Source: Nymphaea colorata (Eukaryota). Taken from it: a stretch of 64,000 nucleotides of DNA. The notes beneath the pieces are model-generated. The model ran no database searches, was not told where the DNA came from, and saw only the letters and a program-made list of their open reading frames with translations. The stretch spans positions 31,310,001 through 31,374,000 of the forward strand of contig NC_045138.2 in assembly GCF_008831285.2 (NCBI RefSeq), given 5' to 3'. This document shows, in pieces, positions 48,538-62,204 of this stretch. A program made the translations under genes and the position numbers. How positions within the stretch are numbered: the first letter of the stretch is position 1; each line of letters opens with the position of its first letter.

Positions 48538-51500
48538 ATGGGGTTCCTCACTGGAAGTTCCTTGCAACTCTCCCCGTTGTCCAACTTCTCCTTTGCTGCT
48601 CCCAGAACCCAATCAAGAAGACCAGCTGTGGTGAAGGATTCTGCGAAGCCCACAGGAAACAATCATCATGGTGACAAAGATAAAGTTGGGACAAGCGTTT
48701 CCCTGGATAGGAGGATTCTTCTACTTGTGGGTCTATCAGCTACCCCCTTTTTTCAGTCAAGAGTTGACGCCGTTGAAGGTCCCTATGTCAATGGTTACTG
48801 ATTTTAGTGTTTTTTTTTTTTTTTGTGGTTCTCCCTGTTTTATGGACTCTTAAGGTTATTTTACGTGCGTAAAATTGTGGGGTTTTTGGGTGTTCGATGG
48901 TTTTCTTTTTAGCAGTTTATTGTTAAGAAAGGAATTTTTGAGAAAAGATGCAAGGGTAGTTTGTTCTTGAGTCGTCGGGATTCTGGGGCATTCTTTTTTC
49001 TTGAGAAATGTGGATATGGTCCTTTGTTTTCAATCGTCGGCTTCTTTTCTAGAGAAACATGGTTTTTCTTTCCCGTTTTTGAAAATTTTCTTGTGTTCTT
49101 TTAATAATTGGAAATTAGCTGTTGAATTTTTTTGTCTTTGTCTTGCTTTGGCATGTTGATATGTCGTATATTTTTGTGATTATTTTTGTTCCTTTGTTTT
49201 TCCCTTTAAGTGCCATGTACTTTTTTGCATTTCGCGGTGAGGCTAGTTCATGCTAAGTAAAAGATCATGACCTTGCTGAGTGTGATTGTTGGTTCTACTA
49301 GTCCATGAGATAGTTTGGTCTCCTATCATATGGCATTTGAAAGTTTACCATGTAGCCATTTGAGCGTATTGCTATTGTCAATTCGCTTGCGTCTTTTTTG
49401 TTCCGCACGTAAATGATAATCTCTTGTCGTTCTCAGAAGCTGGAAAATTAGAACAAGGATGTTTTCAGTAGAAATAATTGTTCATTATTTAGAAAATATA
49501 TAGAACTAACAGTACTGGAAGGAATTTCAAACTGGAATCAGTTCACAGCATATTCAGTTTTAGTGTATACATTTTAAAGAAATTTCAAGATACAAATAAC
49601 GATTACAAAACTTTATGTTAGAGTACTTCTTCTTAAAGCATTGGAAAATAATTTTTTTCTCTTAACCAAGCGTACTTGACATTTTCCAAGATATTAGTAA
49701 GGATGTTACTGTTTTAAGATCTTTTAGTTCATAGTTCATACTGTACTTGAATTATTTGGTAGCACATTAAGCGTGACATTTTCTTCGTGAAAATAATATA
49801 TAGCGCTTTTCAATTTTCAAAGTTCAAAACTCTTTTTTTTTTTTTCAGGACAGCCATATTACCTATATAATTTTACCTGATGTATGCTGCAATAGTTCAA
49901 CTCCTGGGTTATTGGACAACATTTAACTGGATATTGGACATGATTTAAGGTCATGATGTTAGCAGCAAAGAATATGTGATGAAGTTCTGAGGATTTTATG
50001 ATTATCTGAAATTAGGATTTTGATTTTTTCAGTCGTGTATAATGCAAACGGAAGGACAGTAACCAGGATAGTTGGTCGTGGTTCACGAAGTGCAGAATCA
50101 AGAGCAGGGGGACGTCAAGTGCCTGAAGACCGTGGTGTGCTAGGTTAGGATCTCTCTCTCTCCCTCTCTCTCTCTCTCACACACACACACACAGAGTTTC
50201 ACAGTGTTTAGTGCTAAGTGTTTTATCACAACTTTCTATTCCAAATGAATCCCTTTTAGTCCCATTGCTTTTATATTGTAATATATGGACATTGACATTG
50301 TTGATCGAATGCAATGTGTTTTTTGTCTACGTGATTCCTAACCGAAGGTATACTGTGGAATACAGAGAAAGAAGAAAATAGCCCACTCCTTGTGTCAACT
50401 CCGGAAAATCCAGGTGCAGATAGAATATTTTCAGTATTAAAGTCATGGTTTTACTGATGTGCACAAAGTTTATTGGCTGTCTGACATTTATGTTCTGAAC
50501 TACAGACAGACAAGAAGATGTGCTTCAGATTTCCGTTCCTCAAAGCCCAGGTGAAGAGGGCACATATCAGATTCAGGTTTTATTGCAGCCTTCAATTTTT
50601 TTGTTTGCTAACTCTAGATGTCTCGTGGTTTCCAGAAACACAAGATAATAGAGTAGCTCAAGCTTCGATACCGAACCCAAATATAGAGAATAAATTTTCT
50701 GAAGCTGTTGTGGAAGAGGTATGGACTTCCCATGGATTGCTTTCCTGAAATAACGTAAAAAAATGCAAGTCATCATCAACTGTTCTCCTACTGGCTACTG
50801 ATATCCTCTTTGCATGCCAGAGAGTGGATCAACAAGGAAAGCAAACAAGCACTTTCATTTCTGTCCTTAACGGACTGGGAATCGTTGGCTCTGGTGTCCT
50901 TGGAGCATTATACACACTAGCACAGAAGGATAAGATGGTCACAAAATCAACAATTGAAACTGTAATCTACTTTTTTAAATTCTATAAGTTGGTTAGTTTT
51001 AATACATCTTAGAATTGGATGTAATGTGAAATTTCTGTTCTTTTCCTAATGCAGTTGAAAACAGATCTGAATAAAAAAGAGGCAGCCACGAATTCATTGA
51101 AGGAGTCTCTTGAAAAGAAGGTGTTGGCTGAACAGGAAGAAAAATTCAAGCAATTGAAACAAGCTAAGGAAGAAGAACTGTTACTTTCAAAACAGTTGGC
51201 CTCAGCAGGTGAAACTGTATTAAGCTTACAGCAGGAACTGCAACGTGAGAAGAATTCTGTGGAAGAGCTGAAATTGCAGATGGAGAGCCTTCATATTAGC
51301 CTTGAACAAGCTCGGAAGGATAACATGGAGCTTGACTCAAAATTAAAGGGGAAACAGGACTTAATACATGGACTGAATCAAAAAATAAGTTTGTTAACTT
51401 TAGAAGTAAACGAGAAGTCAACCAATATTGACAACATCAAGCTGTCTCTTGCAGAAAAAGAGCAGGAATATGAACAGTTAATGTCAGTTCATGAGCAAGC

Positions 51501-52782
51501 TAAAAATGCACTTGAGGAAGCCAAGACTGAAATGCAAAGTTTGGGACAGGAACTCACAAAATCACAAGAAGAATTGGTTATGACTACATCAGAGTTGCAT
51601 GATTTGAAGGATAGAACTGAAGTAGTTATTACTGAAAGAAACAAGTTGGGAGAAAAATTGTCTGTTCTAGAAGGGGAATATAATAGCTTGAAATCTTCTT
51701 CAGAGGAAAAGGCTGCTCGTGATTCTCAGCTCTTATCTGAGAAGGAGAAACAGCTACAAGAGATGAAAGAGACACTAGAGCGCCAGTTCTCTGAAGCAAG
51801 GGCAAGCGATGCTTTGCTCAAAGACTCAACACAACAAAGGGACAGTTTAAGAGCTGTGTTGCAGGAAAAAGAAGCATTATATAAGAATTTGCAGCTTGAA
51901 TTTCAGGCCAGCCAAGAAAGCTTGAAATCTGTCATTCTCCAAAGAGAGACTTTATTGAAAGAACTTGAAAATTCTAAGCAAGCCCGCAAAGACCTTGCCT
52001 CTGAAGTTTCAAGGATTCAATCTGAATTTTCAGTAGTGCAAGGAGAACTTGAGAGAAAGTTGGGAGAGGAGCAGTCAACTTCAAAATCTCTATCTATTGA
52101 ACTTAAATCTGCTAAAGAAGATGTGGAGAAGAGCAAAGAAGAACTCAAACGTCTATGTGATGAGCTGAAGTTCACCAGGGGGGCACGTGAGGACTTGGAG
52201 AAGGAATTGCTGGAAATATATAAAAAGGCAGAAGTTAGCGCTCAAGATTTGAAAGAAGAAAGGAAGTTGGTTGCCTCATTGAACCGAGATCTTGAGGTGC
52301 TTAAAAAGCAAATTTCTGAAGATAAGGAAGCAAGGAAAAACATGGAAAAGGATTTGGAAGGGGCTGCAAAGTCCCTTGATGAGATGAACCGGAATGCCTT
52401 GCTGCTCTCCAAGGAGCTAGAGATGTTCAGATCACAAGCTGAGAGTCTCGAAGCAGAAAAGGACCTGTTATATGAGACTCTACGTGAACAGAAGCTTTTG
52501 GCAAAGGAGGCTCAGGAGAATGCAGAAAACACCCACAATATTCTTGTAAGATTTGGGAAGGAGAAAGATCAGTTAGCGAAGAGAGCTAAGAGGCTGGAAG
52601 AAGAGCTTGCATCCATGAAGGGTGAGGTGTTGCGCTTAAGGCGGCAACTAAATTCATCAAGTTCTGAAGGTGAGGAAGATCTAGAGAATGCTGCGAACAT
52701 GAAGAAGCAATCTAGGAGGAGAAAGGTGGGAGCCACTGTTGAAGTTCCTCAAACAGTTAACGAACGAGAGACAAGCATTTGA
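48538..52782 (+). CDS. MFP1: MAR-binding filament-like protein 1 (thylakoid-anchored coiled coil); exons 48538-48793 (or 48778), 50033-50143, 50366-50413, 50506-50550, 50636-50718, 50821-50961, 51055-52782
   Basis: Transit peptide MGFLTGSS..., twin-Arg RRILLLVGLS signal, TM segment FISVLNGLGIVGSGVLGALY, and coiled coil with KELLEIYKKAE, AKSLDEMNRNALLLSKELE, LEEELASMKGEVLRLR and C-terminal RRRK. The small-exon phases chain in frame. Confidence 0.9.
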
Positions 52783-55700
52783 TACAATCATATGGCTTAC
52801 TTTGCATGTGTGTATCTTTTTTTACCTTGATCTCATGATTAGGCATCGCACCCTTTTTCTTCTTTCCTGGCCATATAAAGTAAGATGCCAGAGTTACAGA
52901 ATAGAAATTATTTTGGATTGCGTGAATGCATTACCGACTTGATGGCAAATAGTCGAAGAACAGCTCCTGGTTATGTGCTCAAAATGATGCACAATTGGGC
53001 GCCGGCCATTTCATGAGCCATCTGTTTTATGGTAACAAATGCTGAAGGAGAGTTTGAAGGAAAAGCTCAAGCTTGAACCCTCTTTCGAGCAATCATAGAG
53101 AACCTGAATCCTCTTGGGAGCAGTAGTGAAACCAATCACCTCTTCAATATCGTAAAGTACAGCGACAGTTTGGGCTTGCGCAGGGAATGACACCCATGAG
53201 GACGAAATCTATGGGATGCCTGTGTTACAGTTCACATCACCAACCGGTTTGGTTCTAATAAATGCGAAGGTTTATCGGCCGCCACCGGTTGATATATAGC
53301 TTGTTGCCAATTCTGAGATTCTGTCTTCTTTATCTTTCTGTTCTTTCTTTTTTTTTTTCCCTTTCCAATGGGGAGCCTTTGTGTTTGCGATCAAGGGTTT
53401 TGTCTTGGGCTCCCATATTCTACGGCCTACGTAAATTGGTCACTGCCCCAAACCTAATCCTGCAAAAGCAACGAGCATACCTTGCCACAGTAGTTGATGC
53501 TAGATGATGGTGAAAAGGGCCCAAATTGTGGAACCTGTCAATGCAGAACTTGAGAATTTGTACAAAGATCACTTAAAGATTATACCAGAGATGCTTGTAA
53601 AACACCTTAAAGAGTAGGAATCCTAGGTGGTTTGGTGACTTATGAGCAGAATTGAATCGATCATGATTCAACCTCCTTGGGTTTCTGGTAAGCATGAACA
53701 GCAGATGTCAGAGGGCAAGTTTAGTTAGATCCAGCAACACACATAATTACCTGCAGAATAATTGGGTCCATTTTTTTAAATTTTGGTTTGGATTCAGATT
53801 TTATCAGGATTCCAATTAATAGCAAGACTGACGTGATTAAAGTAGTTCAATCTACAACCTGTTATGATCTCCTTCAAACTAAACGAGTTTTCAAGCGGTT
53901 ATGTAATGCAAACCTGTACCTTGTATACGCAAAATGAGTGGAATAGCAATTAAAGAGAACTTTTTTCTCCTGATGTTGCTATTCCAACGTCTTGAGACCT
54001 GTTGACATAAGCAGCTTCGCCAATCTCATTATAGCCAATTCAGATATGTGAAAATTGAAACCCATCAACAGATCTTCTTTTATTTGGTGCTTGAACATGC
54101 TCCTTTTTCTCCCCCGCATGTAAAGTATATGCCTAGACTTTGGTTTTCTGCTAATGTCCTTATGCATGTGCAGCCTTCTTTAGGAGACAAGATCTAATTA
54201 TTGGCAGGTAGTGGGTTCAAATTCTCTATCGTTTTCCTATTATAACATATTATATGATAGTGGAGGATATTTTGGAAAAAGAAGCCATGATTTCTTTCTT
54301 AAAACGCAGAAGATGAGATCCTTCAGAAGAATGATCTCTTATCACTTTGGCAGATTACATGTGGAATTCCACAGAAACAGAAAACACGTTCACTTTTTCT
54401 TTTACTTAGAGACTTAGATTGTCATCAACCATTAACAAGTACCCTTCAAATCGACTAAATATTGACCGATATCACATTAGAGAGAAACTGAGAGTACGTA
54501 TATCAACAAGATCGCACATTGATCTGATTAAATCAATATTAAACCATAACCTTTTTAGAGTCATGGGAAACTTCTCAAATCAACCGCAGGCAGAAGCCTG
54601 CTTCAATCCATACAATGGCTAAATTAACAAGATGCTCCATTGTCGTGCAAATCTTAGTGGCATTTGAAGTCTCATGCATATCACCATTCAAGAATGTATT
54701 ACGTTTGAACATCCATATGATGAGTCCAATTTCATATTAAGGCAACAAGTAAACACTGCAAGGACAGTAACTTCGCTACCAAATCAAAGTCTCATGATAA
54801 TCTACTCTCTGGGGAGACAACTGAGCAAACAAATGTAACGTTCAATAGCATCATGAAACTTGAGTTTGATTTTATACATCAAACAACAGCCAATTGGTTT
54901 GACAGCAGGAGACACTGAAACTGTTGTTCCTGCTCTGTTCTTTTCCAGACATTGGATTTCTGCAGGCTTGAAGTCTGGCCAAGAAGCCTTTTTGATAGAT
55001 GAAAAGTAGCGCTAGTTGATTAGTCAAGATTTACTATGGTGAAAACTTTCTTTCAGAGCTAAACGTAAGGGTAATTAATGCACAAGAATTTTATGATTAA
55101 GACGTTCCTCTTTTCCATCAAAATGCTTTGCCAATTAAAATGTGATAGAGGATAAAGGCTAGCTTGTCGTGAAATTGCTTATATAGTAATTAATGTCGTT
55201 TTTCTTTTGAAGAAAGAAACTCTAAACTCTAGGTGAGCCTCAACTGCCATTGCCTTCGTAACACCTAACTATGAACAACTCTGAAGGAGTAATTCTGAAA
55301 CACAAAGGTATATTAAATAATAAAAAATGCATTCGGCGAAGTGAATATCGGCCATATGCCAGCTCTCATGCGTAAACTTCCTTAGATTTATGTATAGTGT
55401 TGAAATCAGGAAACTTTCACTTACACTCCTTTTTTTTTTCATTATATTTGGAGGCATGCCTCTCTTTTTTCTAAATAACTTTATACACCAGAGTTTCTCT
55501 TGGCTGAGGTATTAGCTAGCTAAGGGAATCGATATTTATTATCAACCCCTTTTTTTAATTAAAAAAAAAAGTTCCAATCGAAACCTCAACCACCAAGTTT
55601 AAAAATATTTTTCAATAATTAAAGTATCTTAGACTCTTTTACCGTCTTTCCTCTCGAATGGCAAAACTCTCCCAGAACTTGTAAGAGGAAGGTATTTCAA

Positions 55701-56924
55701 TCTTCACTTTATGTTTGCAACCCCCTTAAAAAAATTAAGCATGTCAAATGAAGTAATTTTTTTTTTGCCTGCTACTATTTTTCACACTTTTTATATAAAA
55801 AAGTTAAAGAAGTGTATTGATAGAAATTTGAACGTTGATCTTATTCGCATTAAATTTTATTGATGGTATCCAAACTTAAATGTTCTATTTTGCTTTACTA
55901 ACATTTATCTACTAAGTTGGGTCCTCCCTTTTAAGTTCCACACTTAAAATTAGTGAAATTTTGTTCTTCCGGTGGAATTTTATCTAAAATGAGGCCCACA
56001 GTTATGTGACATAAGTTGCATACTCTGGTAAATCGAATCTCCTGCGGCGTAGGATTATCCCGTCGTCAAATCTCCACCGTCCGATCCCCCGAACGGCACC
56101 TCCTCTTCATTTCCCGGCATATTCCCTCTCTGCTTTCACCCGCAACCTGAAATCCCCCTGCCCTCCCATGTTCGTGAAATCTGGGGTTTCCGTTCTGTCT
56201 CCGGGATCCCGTTTCGCTTTCTGATTCTTCTCTTGTCGACCAGCAGAATTCGCGTGCGAGTTATTGGGTCGATAGTCTGTTCGTCTTGCTGTGGTTTTGT
56301 GTCCACAATTCTCTTTTATTGTGAGTCATTTCGGGATCCCAATAACAGTGAGGATGGAGAGCTTTTATGGTTCTGGATTTGGAGTAATATTGTACGGCTC
56401 TAGGAATTGAATTGTTGTGGCTTCTTCGTCTTTGGTTTGGGCTGAGGATCGAGAGGCACTTGCGATTCTTTTCGGTGCACTTCTGGATCCACTTGGGCAT
56501 TCGAGAGAGCTCGGACTTTGGTGGGACTTTTTAGGTTTTAGGTCATTTGGATGAGCTTCAAGGTATTCGTATTCCAATTGGGGATTCGATGGCGTGGATT
56601 CTGCTGATCGACGCGTGGAGGGGCTTTGCTATTCGGCATTCGAATGTGTCGATCTGTGAGTTTTGATCACTGAGGCACCGGAAGTTCCGTCTTTCTTTTC
56701 TTGTTTTTCGCCGAGGAATTGGCCTTTTTTCTCAATTGTGGGTGCGGGTGATTTCTGTTTTTCTATGATCTTGGTGTGCTTTTTTGGTGAATCGACGAGC
56801 TGAAGCTTGGGTCGCTTGGAGGTTTGATTTCGAGATTTAAGGTATTCAAGTTTGATTTCTAGAAGGAAGCCTGTCCGGATTACGTTTTCTGGTTTGTGGA
56901 GTTGCACTCTGCGCGCTTGGAGTC

Positions 56925-59900
56925 ATGTTCTACGGGTCTGTTGTATGGGATCCTTTGCTAATTGTATCTCAGATTGTGTGCCTTCAATGCCTCTACTACC
57001 TCACCCTCGGGCTGTTCATGTGGATCCTAGTTGGAACCCGTGTTTCTCGGTTGACGCTCGTATATTTTTTCGACTACTCGACCCTCACCGCCTCGACAAT
57101 CACGGGTTGGTGCACAATGTCGTCGTTTCTACTCACTGCGCTTGCTGGGTAAGATCTTGTCTCTGGAAACTGAAGTTCAAAGTTTGTTCTGTTTCTATGA
57201 AATTTTTTCCGAATGGAGGCTACCATTGTTTGCATCAAGGTGTAGGATTGCAATTGAGGAATGGTTTTTCACCTTTGTATTTAAAACTTGAGCATAATAT
57301 ATTTGTCTATGATAACAGGATTTGTAAGATACTCATCTTTAATCTTTTGCATGTCGTAATTCACATTTGCCGTTCGTTTAAATGTATGATGGACCCCATG
57401 CTAAGGACTGGATGGCAAGGGGAAGGGGTTCGGTAGCATATTCTCTTTCTAGGTGGTAAGCTCGCACACGATGATTTTTTTTTTCTGTCATCTAGGTAGT
57501 CAGTAGTGAAATGGCGACGTAAACGCCTACCCGAGGCACCTAAGCGCTTCAATTAGAAAAAGAAACAAGGTGAGGAGATTTCAAGTCCCAGCTTTTCTGC
57601 TTGGTTCCAATTTTTTTGCTTTTCTTCTGTGTCTTTCCCACACCTTCTGTCAAATTGGACTGACTAGCCCTGCCTAGGTGTTTGCCTAGACTTTTTTTGG
57701 GGTCTGCCATCTAGTCTCACCTACCGCTTTTAACTACATAGGATGGTCGTTAAGGGAAAAGCAAAGAAAAGTAATTATGGTTAAATGTCAAAATGATTTA
57801 CATATATTTCTTCGTAAGGAACATAATATACAGGTTATATGATTATGTGAGGACTGACTCAACAAATTTAAGAATTGGTTGAACAACTTAGCACATAGTG
57901 GACGGTAGAAAAATATTGGTGCTGTCTTGTCAAACAAGAAGAGAAGAAGTTGGAGAGGAAGGTGGCAAGAGACAAAGGGACACAAAAAGATAAGGGAGTT
58001 TCAAACTTTTGAATCCTCAAGCATAGGTACGAATGTGGTAAAGTGTGCTTACATGCATTAGGTGAGGGCCTACCCCATTAGTTTCTCTAGCGACCAATAA
58101 CCAATAAGCCTAGATGACCAAGATGGCAAGATAGACTAGAGAGTCTCGGGAACCTTGACAGAAGTCTAAGCAAGGTTTGACTACATAGGCTGCCAGTAGT
58201 TTGTTAAGGACCTTAAGGTGCAACCAATCTAGTTAATGCAGTTTTAGTCTAATAACACTCTGAAGTTTGGGCATAGTTGTGCGAAAGAGTACAAAGTTTT
58301 TTTTAATACTATAATGTGTTACACTGAAGGATATAAAAGAAACACAGAAAGGAATTTTTTTATAGGAGCGGAGGATCCCATGAAGCTATCTCTGTGTAGG
58401 TCATCTGAATATTGTAGTGAATTGAGACGCTTGTCGAGGTGACCTGATTCTTATCTCAAAGAAGTGCACTTGGGTTAGAATGAGTTCCTCAAGCTGAATT
58501 CTTTGCACATTGTTACTTCCCTTTAATAGCCAACTGCTTAACTGAATCTGGAAAGTGGAAAAGTTAGAGATCTATTTGACAACCTGACATCATATGCATG
58601 TTAGGTTCTTAGCAAATAGCAATAAAGAAATCCTCTACAACCTCATATGTGGCCTTATATTCATTACTGTCCAAATAGTGCTGGCTATGTTAGTGACCTA
58701 GATGCATAAAGTTGGTGGTTTAGGGATATTTTGCTGTAAAGATGGGTTAAACTTTAAAGCCAAAACCAGAAGTGGAAGGCCATTATGATGTATGTAAGCT
58801 GATGTAAGCTGAGCCTTATAGAAATTCCTGTTGGAGACACATAAAAAATTTATGGGGAAGGTTGTTGAGCTTGATCATCATACACAGTGCTGCGGGGTAT
58901 TTTGTGCAAATATCCTGTCATGTATAATTGAAAAATGACTGGGAAGCTGAATTGGATACGCAGGTTCGTTATAGGGAGGCTTAGTTTGTTTATGCAAATA
59001 GTAAGTATTCAAGCTACTTGAATAAGAAAGAGTGCAAATATCATTTTAAAAGACAATGATTTGCATAAAAATGCCCTTATCTCATTTCATGACATTTTTG
59101 GACCATTGGCAATAAGTTGATCCATATTTTGGACCATAAGCAAGAAGTGGTAAATCATTTTTCGTTATGTTCAATGGACCTGAGTTTGATAATATTAGCA
59201 TAATATTTCTTCTAATTTCTAAATGGTGATTAGGATCCAGTTGATTGTGTCTACTGCAAACAGCTTATACTCATAAATGTTGAGCTTCTGCAAATTGATA
59301 AACCAGGGTTTTGGTCATCAGTGAATGGCAATGGAAGCGTAGCATGTATACTATTCTATTATAGAAAATCAAAGAAAATAATTTCCATCATTTTGCTTGT
59401 CCTTGTGCAGAGCTGGTTACATGTTTCTTTTAATTGAGAGGGCAAAGAAATGCTTGGATTTTTCAGCAACCCTCTACATCATTCATCTTTTCATGTGCCT
59501 TGTATATGGAGGTTGGCCATCTTCATTCACATGGTGGATTGTGAACGGCACTGGTTTTGCAATAATGGCATTGCTTGGTGAATGGTTGTGTATAAGACGT
59601 GAATTACGGGAAATTCCTATTACTCGTTTGCGTAAGTCATACTCTTTTTTCTCTTCAAATACAGCATGCAATGTGAACTTCCTGAGTCAAATTTCTTCAA
59701 TATTTGATGATTTAACACTGATTTGTTTTTTTAACCTCTTCATCATAAGTTTGCTGTTTTACAGGAACCAATACCATGATTGCTTTTTGTTGAAAGTTTT
59801 CTCACTTGTATGGTATTTGTCATATGTTAGAGAGTCAGTTGGAATAATATTTATTTCTGTGCATAGTTGTTTGTGATTAATCTAAGTACATATCCAACCT

Positions 59901-61149
59901 TCATTGTCCATATTGACAGACTATCTCGCATGGATGCAACTGCAGGGATAAAACCTTTCTATGAAGCTCATAATATAGGTTTTCTATAAAAGAATGTCAA
60001 CTGAAAGTAACATGGTGTTTGTGACACTTGACTCTTTGCACCCTCACAGACTTGAGAGCAAGGGACCCTTTTTGCCCTTAGACATTGATAATCCTTAACC
60101 AATTCCTACCAAGTTGCTCCTTGCTCCTTCTGATCCTTTATGTTACCTCTCATACAACCTACGAAGTACATCAGCTTCCTTCCAGCCTGTGCTACAAAAC
60201 TATTGATATGACCAATTGTGAGACTGAGGCTTGATATGAATTTTTTTTGGAAATTTTTAATTGAAAAGCAGTTTTATTTTAAGATGCATGAATGCATTAT
60301 CTTTTTTAATATAATGAAAAAAATTACTCTAATATATATGCCTGTTGCTTTGCTCTTTGGTCTTCTAATGGATCAAATTTATACCATAAGGACATTCCTC
60401 CTATTCACTGCATCAAAGCAACAAGACAAGTGCTGTGATCTGAAAAAGGGAGTTGGGGAGCCCAAACGTACCCTCATGATAGATCATTTTACCTTCTTTT
60501 GTTTTTTTAATTAAAGTGGGAAAAAAAGAAAGAGTGGAGGTGGGTGTGGAAAGAAAGAGAGAGAGAGACTTTCTTCTTTTGGAGATGTAGGGGACAAGAT
60601 TTTACATCTATATAGATATATATTTATATATAGGAAAATATGTTGTCCACTTGAATCTAGTACACTTTAGTTAAATAACTCTATAGTAAATGCATTGAGA
60701 AAATTAACCTCAGGGACATAATTTCCTTGTTTGGAATGATAAGATTAAAAAAAATCATAGTCTTTTGATGCTTGAATGAATTTTCTAAGAATTTGAAAAG
60801 TCAACAATTTGAGCTCTCTCAACGTATAAAATCCTATCCGTGCATTGGAAAACCATAAATATTTGTTTCATTCCATGGTTTTGAAATCTGGAGATCATCT
60901 GTATTGTTAGTTTTTTTAGAAAAAATTACTCATGGTGAAGTATTTAAGTATCGCATTCAAGTGTTCTCTCTCTCTCTCTCTCCCCCCTCCCTCTCTCCCT
61001 CTCTGACACATGCATGCATGCACGCACAAGACTATGTGCACTGATTATACATCAATCCAATTAACTTGATTGATGGTTCATAAAGTGTCATGTATGTTAT
61101 TTTTTCAAAAAAGTGGACGATAACTAGTACTTTGATTTTGAACAATAAT

Positions 61150-61191
<42 letters not shown>

Positions 61192-62204
61192 CAGCCATAG
61201 AAAACGTGTTTTTTCAAAAAAAAAAAAACGCAAAAAAATGCGATAAATTAACTGGCTGTTTAAAACTTTAAAAAAATGCATTTTTTTTTTTTAAAACGTT
61301 AAAAACGAAAGATTTTTTTCAGTTTTTTTAATGTCAATCAGTTTTTTTTTTTTCATTTTCTATTTTTATCTTTTCATGTTTGTGTTATTAGTTTCTCACT
61401 TATTTTATCCCCCCCCCATTTTTAGTTTTTTAAAAAAATTAAAAATTTACCATATTTTTCCTTTTTTTTTTCAACCTCGCCATATTATACCTGAGAAAAA
61501 CATCGCCGTTTGAAACTTCGAGACGTTATTTGTGACTATGGTATATATATGTATATATAGATATGTACTGGGACTGGACTTTCCAGTTCTCTCTCTCCCT
61601 CTTTTTTTCTTCTCTCCTTCTCCCATTGCACAAACAATTTATTGGTGAAGGTCAAACATGGCCTTTTCCAAGTATATCAAGATTAGGAACTTATTTTGAC
61701 TTAGCTTTGTCCACAGATTTGTGGGCATATTTGGGTTACATTTTGGCTCTTAAATCTTAATTGTCTGAGTTGCTGAATTACATGAATGCCTTTATAGTCG
61801 TTCATCCATGAGCAAGTCTACTAAATTCTAACTTATCTGTCAGCCTGTAATTCTAAATTTTGGTCCCCTAACTATTGTAAAGTAAGGGAACATAGTAATT
61901 ACTTAAGATATTGGTATAAAAATGTACTAGAGAAGTTTGTGTGAGATCCAACAAAGAAATTCCCTGATTCTAGAAAGTCATGCATGTCTGATGCTTCACC
62001 TATTTTCTTCACGGGTTTGGGTAGTCAATTCCATCTATTCATGGCATATCAACTAAAATTTTCTATTATTTCATATCATAGCAAAAGATTTTATGACAAT
62101 AAAGCTTAACAAATGGTAGGTTTATTTTTGTGAAACATTTGTTCTCCTATAAAGTCAAAAAAACAGATGTATAAATTTATGGGGTCCTCCTTGCAGGTGT
62201 TTGA
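56925..62204 (+). CDS. SYS1: Golgi integral membrane protein SYS1; exons 56925-57148, 59411-59631, 62197-62204 (last exon tentative)
   Basis: MFYGSVVWDPLLIVSQIVCLQCLYYLTLG...G|AGYMFLLIERAKKCLDFSATLYIIHL...LGEWLCIRRELREIP. Donor TTGC|GTAAGT and acceptor TTGCAG|GTGTTTGA give ...TRLRV*. Confidence 0.9.
61196..61540. mobile_element. MITE copy (TATTTGTGACTATG terminus family) in the SYS1 intron, embedded in a (TA)n tract
   Basis: Starts CATAG, ends GTTATTTGTGACTATG; A-rich then T-rich interior like 41582-41954. Confidence 0.55.

Noticed and set aside
53011..53193. 60-aa minus-strand ORF downstream of MFP1
   Set aside because: No recognisable motif or splice context; probably MFP1 3' UTR or intergenic sequence.
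56852..57436. 194-aa ORF overlapping SYS1 exon 1
   Set aside because: Alternative frame running into the intron with a non-ATG start; the SYS1 frame explains the region.
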